DNA of 64,000 nucleotides from Epiperipatus broadwayi (taxonomy: Eukaryota > Animalia > Onychophora): positions 13,826,001-13,890,000 of the forward strand of contig JAQFVV010000001.1 of assembly GCA_028023455.1 (NCBI GenBank), written 5' to 3'. The number at the start of each line of letters is the position of its first letter. The stretch's first letter is position 1. Below are positions 54,102-64,000 of the stretch, one piece after another. Below the pieces are notes generated by a model. That model did no database searches. It had not been told where the DNA came from and worked only from the letters and a program-made list of their open reading frames with translations. The translations under genes and the position numbers were made by a program.

Positions 54102-54792
54102 TAAACATAGGGATTTGAACACAGACTTTTAAGCACCCTTCAATTATCCACACTATTTCATATCACTGATACATATAACCACACACATGTAGAAAAGATA
54201 AATAATCACCAATATACATATTTCATGCTGAACCAGCACTCATCAGTTGGTCCAGATTATCATCTCCCAAATATATATATATATAATCAGTGCTCAGTTT
54301 ATATTAAGATAGCAAATTTTCATATCTTAATGGACAGGCTTCAATCTACTCCAACCTCCAACTCTTCAGCCATCCATACCATTGAAAGTCTGATGTTGGA
54401 AAGTCCAAATCCCACATTGTTATATGAAGAATGCCTGTATTTCAAATATTACTCATTAAGCTTGCATCCTGACTATCCCTTCTCTTTGTATTTAAATAGA
54501 TAAAGTTCTATACATGAGGGGTTAGAATGACTTGAGGTCAACATGGGCATGGCAATAAGTTGGAGGTTGGAGTAGCCTGTCCATTAAGGTATGAAGATTT
54601 GTTATCTTAATATAAACTGAGCACTGGTTATATACATCTGGACCAAATGATGAGTGCTGATTCAGCATAAAATATGTATACTGGTGATTATTTATTTTTT
54701 CTATATGTGTGTGGTCATGTGTATCCAGTCTTATGAGATAGTGTGGATAGTTGAAGGGTGCTTAAAAGTCTGTGTTCAAATCCCTATATTTA
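54102..54792. mobile_element. Fold-back element family A, copy 2
   Basis: ATAGGGATTTGAACACAGACTTTTAAGCACCCTTCAA at 54107 and its exact inverse ending 54787. The arms share the ATCAGTGCTCAGTTTATATTAAGATA...TTAATGGACAGGCT core with copy 1. Confidence 0.8.
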
Positions 54793-55467
54793 CAATTAAG
54801 CTCCGGGTATATGAAGAATGCCTGTATTTCAATCTTGTATATATATAGTTAATAAGTGCACATATTCTGTCCAAATTATATGTGGGCTTACTAACTATAA
54901 GTATCGATATTTAATAATTGTATATATTTCATTTTTCTCACTTTCAAATAAAGCAAATAATCTAGTTTATATATATAAAGGATTTTAGGCTAATTCATAA
55001 TGTCTATTGCTTATTAGAGTTAGTAATAGTTGTAGAAGAGGTTGTATGAAATAAGGCCTGCGAATTTTATATTATTTTATAATTCAGAAGCTGTCTATTG
55101 TATCATTTATTTTATTTTATAATGAGATTAACAGAGAATTTTTCAACACTCGAATGTATATATTATAAGTTTCAACACTTCAATATAATGAATAATATAA
55201 ACAAAATAGGAAGTGCTAAGTTTTATTAAGACAGAGAATAAGCGAATAAGCAAATAGTTGACCAAAACATCTTTCATAACATACCTATTTTGTAATTGAA
55301 AAGACTTCAGATTAAGAACAGAATAAGCTTGATCTAGTCAAGAATCAATCAAGAGTGGACCTCAAATCCTAAATATAAAATGTAATAGAAACTGGACAAT
55401 TAAAGTTCAAAAATGAAGAAGGACTTTATTGGATTATTTTCAAAATATATTTAAATAAATTATTTAT

Positions 55468-56286
55468 TTAATTAGAAGGGATTTGAATCAGACTTTCAAG
55501 CTCCCCTCAGCTATCTATCCATCTTATACAACCAATACACATGGCAACATATATAGGAAAAAGATAAATGATCTCTAATGTATGTATTTCATGCTGAACT
55601 AGTACTGATCAGTTGTTTCAGATTATAATTTCCCACACATAAATGTAATCAGTGCTTAGTTCATATTAAGATAAAAAAAATCTTCAAACTTTAATGGACA
55701 AGCTTCAATATTCTCCACTCTCCAATTCTTCAGTCACCCATATGATTAAAATCTGATGATAGAATTCTTATTGTCTTATATTGACTTTTAAGTTACTCTA
55801 CCCCTCACATATATTATCTTAATATGTCCATTTAAATACATAGAAGAGGAATAGACAGAATAAAGGTTGAATATGTAATATTTAAATACAAGTATATTGT
55901 TTATACAGAATTTAATGTAATTAGAAGGGATTTAAACTCAGACCTTCAAGTTCCCTACAGCCATCACTTCATCTTATACAATCAATACAATATATTTGTA
56001 TTTAAATGTGCAATATTTTGGTGTTTAAATATTACATATTCAGTCTGTATTCTGACCATCCCTCTTCTATGTATTTAAATGGACATAAGGTCCTATATAT
56101 GAGGGATCAGAGTGACTTAAAGTCTGCATGGGTATGACAATAAGATTAGCATCAACAAGAGCTTTGGGCATCCCATCATCAGATTTTCAATGCTATAGAT
56201 GGATGAAAAGTTGAAGGGTGAAGAAAATTGAAGCCTGTCTATTAAAGTTTGAAGATTTTCTGTCTTAATATAAATTGAGCATTGAT

Positions 56287-56317
<31 letters not shown>

Positions 56318-56445
56318 GAGAGAGAGAGAGATGGTGATCTGGACCAACTGATGAGTGCTGGCTCAGCATGAAATACATATATTGGAGATATTTTTTTCAC
56401 ATGTATGTGGTGATGCATATTGGTTGTATAAGATAGATTGGATGG
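55468..56445. mobile_element. Fold-back element family A, copy 3 (arms ~430 bp, a partial extra terminus at the centre, right end eroded)
   Basis: The left arm 55468-55900 is the inverse of ~56010-56445. A second AGAAGGGATTTAAACTCAGAC terminus lies at ~55923. A (TA)(TG)(GA) microsatellite expansion occupies 56287-56331 in the right arm. Confidence 0.7.
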
Positions 56446-58575
56446 AATTACATTAAGTTCAGTGTAGACAACATACTTGTATTTATGTATTAAATTATTT
56501 ATTTATAAATGAATTTTTGTAGGATACTTGCAAATTCAGTCATTTTTTATATTTTATTGTCTAAGTAATTACACATTATTGTTATTTATGATATCTTATT
56601 ATAAATAAATGAAAATAAAAAAACTGTGGTTATTGTAATATAATAATTGTCCAATTGAATTAATGGCACATAATTAATTCAAAAATTATAAGCTTAACTG
56701 ACTTTCCAAGGCTGCCATCTTTATCAAAGCCAAAAAATATGCAAATCACTAACTGTAATGCAGATAATAAAGTAAGTAAATCAAAGTGCATTAAATGAAA
56801 ACTTAAAAGTTTTAGTGTTAATGGTATGATTAGAAATTTTTATTAATTACATCTTTAATCCAAATTTTATTATGCAGTATAACATGATGTGGCATTGCAT
56901 AGTGTATAGTGCATATCTGACTCTTAAATCAAGTCAAGATTGTGAAAGTAATGCCTGATTTAGATTATTCTATACTTTATATAAAATATGGAGACAGTTA
57001 CAAAACAAACCTGTTGAGAAGTTGAGAAATTGTATTGCTTGCATTAATAATTGCAAATAGACTGTTAAAGCTTCCTTTCAAAAGTTTATGATGTTTTGTT
57101 GTTTCTCTAATTTGCATTAATAATTTGGTTTGTGTGTGTATATATATATATATATATATTAGCATTGAGTATTATTAGCTTTATTATCCAAGTAATATAT
57201 GGTTTAGTGCAGTTTGAAAGTTAAAATTGACTATTTGTTAGTCTGCTTTCAAAACAGGTTATATTTGCTTCTTTAATAATGTTTATTTAAACTTCTTTGA
57301 ATTATAAATTTCAATCTCTTTTAGTCAAGTGTCAGTCTCTAGCTTCTATATAAATATATTAGACCATAGTATATAAAGATGGCTATACCTTGATAAGAAA
57401 CAGATTAAGATTCTTAGTATTACTTGGTATTCTTTAAGTGTGAACTGATTTCATATACTTGCATATATGTCTTGTATACATAAAGTGAATATATCAGAGA
57501 TAAAACATGTAAACCTATATTTCAGATTCATCTGTATATTTATATGCATGTATGTATTTCACTTGATGGTTCTTCTGTTTTCAATCATAATTCAATTCAT
57601 TAAGTATATATATATGCTTGTTATCTTGACAATGTTAACATTACATTGATATTTTCATTGAATAACCTCTGGCATCATCATTATATAATTAATAAAGATC
57701 ATTCAAGTATGTTGCAATATTTTTGAATGACTTCTACTCAGATTTTGACAGCAGGAACCATTCAAATTAGCAGTATACTGATAATAATAACAAAAAGCAA
57801 ATGTATACATGTGTGAATCCAAAATATATGTTCTCTCACATATATGCCATCTGTACTCACTATATATGATTTGAATACTCATTTATGATAAATTTTACTA
57901 GCTCTAAAATCTTATCTGGATGTGACCTGCAATAGCAGAAAATGATTTAAAGGCAGTGAAATTTTAGAAAGATCCAACTGCTATAATCAATGGAATGAAA
58001 CTGGAAAGTTTCTATCCATATAAATTTTTTTTGTAAAGCATGTTAATCAAAATGAACTTCTTTTAAACTAAATTTAAATTTTGTATTAGATGAAATAACA
58101 AGTAAATCATATGGCAGGTGATGAATAATCTACTTTCAGCATCTGATAGCAATATATAAGAAAAGTCTATATTGATAAATAATTTTATATATGTTCATTT
58201 GGCTGGTTATAGTACTTAAATGTGAAATTTTTAAACAGTATGTTGTGAATTTGAATAAATAACATTCTTGGATTCACTAAAAAAGTTGTGAAATATTCTC
58301 TGATGATTATATTATTAATGATTTGTAAAAATGTATAGTTTTCTGTGTTGGTTAGAACAATAATTAATGTAGAACTTCTTAACAAAACAGTAATGGTGAC
58401 AAGTTCCATGAATTAAAAGTCCTCAGTTATCATCTTGCATGTAAAAGTATTATTATAGTAATATAATGTAATTCAATTGGTGAAAGTTCACTAACTTATG
58501 TAAGATTGATCAATAAATTAAACTGTTAAAGAATATACATATTTTTTGATTGTTATCATTTTAGATATGGTTTTA

Positions 58576-59230
58576 ACATATGGAGCTGAAAATTGGTATC
58601 ATAATCTTATTAAGTCAATGTTAGATGGAACTGTGTTTTGATTATGTTTAGACTTAGACAAAAAAAGCTAAATTCTGATGAGATTCCCAAAGTTTTGAAA
58701 TAGAATGTTGACATTTTAGTTCCAAAATTAGTGAAAAAATTTCAGAATTATACAGATCCATAAAACTGTCTCACCTCATTTTAAGGATATTTCTGTTACA
58801 ATTTATAAATATATCAGAAATGCAAAACTCTGTAGAGTATTATTGTTATTTACTACAATGAAAACACTTTCAAGTATTTTATTAAATAGGTTGCATTAAG
58901 TTTAAATATTTGCCTAAGATTTAGTAGAAATTAACAATTAAGATGCATTTTGGATGCAAGTTTTAATGTCAGGTAAACACAGAGAAAGTGCGCATAAACA
59001 AAGATGCAATTTGCATATCTTATTGATTTGGATAGAGTAATTACATCAATTAATTAAAATAATTTAGAGTATTATTTTAAATAGCTGGTTATCTAAAGAA
59101 ATTTTATTATATTACATGGCAATACAAGAGGAAGCATTAATATAGGTGTTGGAAAATCTAAGGCATTTAAAATGAAAACTGGTGTTAGACAGGAATATAT
59201 ATACCATCTCCAATTTTGTTTTTCATTTTG
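58576..59230 (+). pseudogene. RTE-like LINE RT fragments
   Basis: TYGAENW at 58576 (cf. LYGxExW). KSKAFKMKTGVRQE followed by a slipped IPSPILF at ~59155-59222 (cf. GVRQGCxLSPxLF). The motifs are out of order, so probably two fragments. Confidence 0.4.
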
Positions 59231-61139
59231 ATATTGCCATAATCAGAACAGTTTGTAAATAGCTTTATGAATCAAGCATTAAGACCTGATACAGATTTGA
59301 TAGTCAGTTTTTAATTTGAACCAATTACCAGAAAAGGAGCAGACATATTTGTCCAGTTGGATCATATATTTACAAGCTCATGATTATTTGTATTATTTCT
59401 GCCAATTCAAAAAATAATTTATAATAATTAATGTTCAAAGGATAATATTTAGGAATTTTTGTTTAGAAAAGTTAATAGTTTTTACATAGGGATTAAATTA
59501 AATTCATTCATAGCATTTTATTAGAAAGAGAAATTTGAATGATGAAATGCAATTTGGGCTCCAATATGCTGCTGCAGTTTAACAAATTTGAAAATATGTT
59601 GTTTTGTCATAATAACATAACTTTATCAGTTGTATTAGATTAATATTCTGCTAAATTTATTTGTATAAAAATAAGATAAGTATACTCCCCTGTACCAAAC
59701 ACATTGAAAATTTTATTTAAGAATATATTACAATATTCTGAGAAAACAAGATAATATGACTATTTACAAAAAAATTATCAGAATAATTTTTATATTTTTC
59801 AACTGTCTGAATGTGATGATATTGAATCCATAATTATAAAGTTGTATCTTAATTGCATAGGGCATCTGAAATGGTTTTAAAGGAATTCTTTTCTTTTTTT
59901 AAAAAAAAAATTACTTTCTAAAAAGATACGATTTGATTTCTTTCATTGAAGAAATATGGCTGAGAATAAAATACAATGGTGAACTGCATTAGTAAAGATT
60001 TGAAGATCATGCAAAAAAAATGCTTTAAAAAATGTTAAAAAATAACATATAAGATATCATATTTATTAAAGAACTTTCAGTTGATATATCTGGAAATACA
60101 TTATTTGTTCAATGATTAGTTTGCACAATTATCACAAAACTCATCTTAAAACTTTCTATGCTTCTTTGTTTTCTTACATTTTTTTCTGAAATTAGAATAT
60201 CTTACTTTCACAAATATTTACTAAAGGATAAATATGGCTATCTTCAATGAATAACAGAAAAATCACTTGAGCAAAGATGTTAGGCATGCCATCTGTTTAT
60301 TAAAACAATTCTCATTTTGGCTTCAGATTGTAATTACAAATGAAATATTTTATTTAAATTTTAAAAACTAAAAAGGACTATTTTTCATATATCACATGCT
60401 TTAAAATCCCAAAGACTACTTAATTTTTATTTTTTTTTGCTGTTGTATTAGATACATTACTAAATTTATCAGTATTAAATATATATATATATAATCAAAA
60501 TAATGTTTGCTACTTAAAGTACAAATATAAAAAAAAATAAAGACATATAAAGATAAGTATATATATATTCTGCTGCTATTTAATATTTTCTGATAGGCGG
60601 GGTTGAACCAAATTGGAATAATTATGAATACAACCTAAAGTAATAAGGGACTTAAGAAATAAGCTCTTTATAAGAATAGAGCATGAGTTAAAATAAAACT
60701 TAGAGGAGATATGGTATAACATGCCGAATCTAGAATAAAATGATAAATTAATTCCTCTATATTTGTAATTTGCAAATAAGTATAAAAATTTAATTTCACC
60801 ATTTCTCCTTCAAAAATTTCACAGCTAATCTGCTTACAAAAAACATGAAAATAAAAACAATATTAAAAGATGAATAATCAAAAAAGAGTTATATTAAGGA
60901 AAAAACACTTTAAAACCCCCATCTAAATCAAAGAGTTGATGAATAAAAAGATAATACTTACAGTATTTAATTAAACTATTTTATTTCTTACATGCATTTT
61001 GTTAATAGTTTATGGTGGAATGATTAGTTCAACATTCATATGATCAGTTCATGACATGGAATTTGAACTTGGTTAAAGCTTGGAACCTTATCAAATAGTT
61101 TGGAAATTTTAGGTAGGTGGTTAAATAATTGTAATACGA

Positions 61140-61200
61140 TGCACTCTTTAATATTGTAAGAGTGGTATCATCTGCCCATGCTAATATAAGTGCAAAAACT
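61140..61200 (-). pseudogene. LINE RT fragment
   Basis: Minus strand reads ALILAWADDTTLTI (cf. L[FY]ADDTTL). Confidence 0.35.
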
Positions 61201-62733
61201 ATGATTTATCTTCATATGAATTATGAGTATATTTTTCTAATTAAATTATATTTTTAAATTCAATATAAGAATTTTGATCATAAAAACTTTCAATTTTTGT
61301 TCGAAGTATAACTTTAAAATATATATTTGAAACAAATTTAAATATATTAAATCATCAAATCCCCTTTGCATTTTTAAATAATATTTTTATCAATTGTCAT
61401 ATGATGAAAAAAATAAACTAAACTGAGCATAATACATGTTTCAAATTTAATCTTATTCGACTGCCATGAAAGAAGACCAATCACCTCACATTAATATAGA
61501 AATTTCATTTCTTATTTAAATGCCACTAATAAGATCATTTTATGTTAAATATTAAATGTTTAATAGACAGTTTTATTTCAATAATAACTATTTCTCCAAA
61601 ACTTATGCATGCACAAGATAGAGCTAATAACACTCTTTTTTAAAAAAACAAACAAACAACAAAATTGTCTGATCAAAGCAATATCTAAATATATAAGAAC
61701 AAAAAATATTGTTATAAACATATGAATGAAACATATTAAAGCATATAAATCTCCAAATTTCTTTCTACATTTTTTCTATACATATATATAATGATCATAA
61801 AATTATAAAAAAAAAAAGTAGATTTATAGAAGAATGCCTATTGCTTTAGATATCTTTGAATAAAAGTTTGGAGAAAGAAAAAGTGTTAAAAAAAAACTAG
61901 GACAGTTGCACATTTAGAAAAGATTCTAGGACATGAAATAAAAAATCCCATAATCAAATAATGCCAAAACATAAACAAAACTTATCAGTATGCAGTTAAT
62001 TAGACGTCTGCAGGTAAAGATGAAAGTAAATCATCCACGAGTATATGCTTCTAACATGAGTTCTTTTTTAAAAGATAAATATATCTAATTAGCTCTGAAT
62101 TGATTATAAGCCAATTATCTGAGAACAATCTTGAACTTATGAAATTCTCAGTTATTAAAAAAATTTCCAAATGTTACCTGAATTAGAATTTCAAGTTAAC
62201 AACTAACTATTTGACTATTCTCTCAGGATTCGAATCAAATCATTAAGAATAGCTATTGAATTTCGTTAGGAATTCTTATCCAAAAAGATCGTATGCTAAG
62301 TTAATCATTATTATAATTTTGTCCATTCAATAATATTTATTCATTACTCGAACGCACTCAAAACTTTTGGGATTGTTGAAAAATTTAGTATTGGATCATT
62401 TAAAAAAAAAAAAAAAACATACACAAAACAAGTTTCTGAAAAGCATTATATCGTTTTTTTAATTGAGATTTTTGCTTTTTTTAAATTTAGTACATTATTT
62501 CAAAATAGTTTACATCGTTGTTCGTTTTGTTATTCAAAAGGTGTAAGATAATCATAATTTCTTTTAAATTACGAGAGATGTTATATAAAATAAATACATC
62601 TATTTATTATTGTTATAACAAGTATCTACATTTTAATAATAAGTTCCATAATTTATTTTATTATCTTAACCAACCCATTGGCATGCATTATTGCACATGT
62701 AAATATAACATTCAATTTTAAAATTTAAAAAAC

Positions 62734-63236
62734 CTGTAGTCCTGCTCCGCCATCTCTTAGTAAACAATAAAACTAAATTATTTCTGGTTCCAGATAAATG
62801 TACTTATTTGCGGTTTGTGATCTAATTGCTAATGACAAGGTCTTGGGCTGCAAGTTAACAGAAAAAAATGTTAATTTGAAATATATGTTTGGTTTTTTTT
62901 TAAAAGGTGGAATAAAGTTGAAACTTATTTTTTAAAATATTCAAGTTTTAACTGAAAAATGAGTAAATAAATAAACAAATTTAATCAGTTAAAAAGTTTT
63001 ATTCATTTTATCATAATTTTAAAAAAAAATTAATCAGTTAAAAGTTTTATTCATTTTATCATAATTAAAAAAACAACAACTAATATATATATATATAATT
63101 AATAAAAAAAAATTTTCTTATATATAATAAAATAGGTACTTCTGACAATCCAAATTTATTTTTAAAAAAAGTAAACGCACTTTCAAATCTATAAAAAATA
63201 TAACACAATTTGAATATTAATTTTTTAAAATCGATA
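62734..63236 (-). promoter_or_regulatory. Possible promoter and 20-nt first coding exon (MAEQDYR/S) of a minus-strand gene
   Basis: Minus strand reads AAGAGATGGCGGAGCAGGACTACAG|GTTTTT: a YY1-type ATGGCG overlapping the ATG (62753-62751) and a weak donor at 62733. A DRE-like AATCGATA lies at 63229-63236, and CpGs are locally retained. No downstream exon was identified. Confidence 0.3.
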
Positions 63237-63781
63237 AAATTCAAAATTTCTATATTTTGAATATTTTTATGTCTTCATAGTACCATATAAATATACCCAA
63301 AGATTTGAATTTCCATAGTGCACTCATTACAAAAAAAAAATTGAATTGCTAATATAAAAAAAATATCCAAGAGATTCGTAATAAGGATCGATTCTTGGAT
63401 AAATAAAAAATTAAAAAAAAAAAAAAAACTATCAGGTTTCAAATTCAATATTAGAATCCACAAGAATTAGCTGACATTAGCTATTAGGCTCCATCAAACC
63501 AGGGAAGATAGGTCACATTAAAAAAAATATTTAAAAAATCTTTTTAAGGATAGAGAGCAGAGCAGCAACGTTAGTATTAATAGATTGAATGTAGAGAGAA
63601 TTACTATAATGAAACTTAAGACCAATGTTTGTAGATAGAATGGTTTTAAAAGGTATTCTATTACAATGTGGGAAACTGATTCATTTCCAATTATGAGAAC
63701 CACCCAAAACTCACGATGACACATCCAACCGATAAATGACACCGATCAATCCATATGTTGTCACGATCTGACCAGTCGTTA

Positions 63782-64000
63782 CAAAATCACCATTTTCATA
63801 AAAAAAAAAATCAAAAACCCAATTTTCGTAGTTATAAGAAATTAAATCATTTGATTAAAATATTAAAACACAAAATCGCCATTTTCATAGAAAAAAGAAA
63901 ATTAGAAACCCCAATTTTCATAGTTATAAGAAATGAATTCATGTGATTAAAATAATAAAACACAAAATTGGATTTTCATAAAAAAAAAGAAACAAAAAAA
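63782..64000 (+). repeat. ~90-bp tandem array running off the window end
   Basis: CAAAAT..C.ATTTTCATA...CCCAATTTTC.TAGTTATAAGAAAT...TGATTAAAATA units start at 63782, 63871 and 63963. Confidence 0.8.

Noticed and set aside
63782-64000. CRISPR-like array
   Set aside because: Units are ~90-bp diverged tandem repeats without unique spacers, in a eukaryotic context with no cas genes. The same applies to the other tandem repeats.

Overview
Very AT-rich eukaryotic (invertebrate-like) genomic DNA, with a 500-N scaffold gap at 36099-36598. It holds one clear host gene: the 3' part of a + strand SLC16/monocarboxylate-transporter (MFS) gene, with three in-frame coding exons at 11206-11349, 15351-16547 and 25309-25502. 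Its N-terminal exons were not found and probably lie upstream of the window. A possible CpG-retaining promoter/first exon of a minus-strand gene lies near 62.7 kb. The rest is transposon-derived. (i) A 5'-truncated L1/Tx1-like LINE at 42461-45280, whose RT and zinc-finger region has no internal stop codon apart from two frameshifts. (ii) Four copies of a tRNA-Gly-derived SINE, two with L1-type target-site duplications. (iii) A Merlin-like non-autonomous DNA transposon with an 8-bp TSD, nested in an old LINE. (iv) A hAT (Charlie/Buster-type) non-autonomous element nested in one arm of a fold-back element. (v) Two clustered families of long palindromic fold-back elements, one built from ~0.4-kb tandem modules. 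(vi) Many decayed LINE, Gypsy, Tc1/mariner and pogo fragments. No CRISPR array, rRNA or intact tRNA gene was found. All alignments, motif calls and family assignments were made by eye, without database searches.
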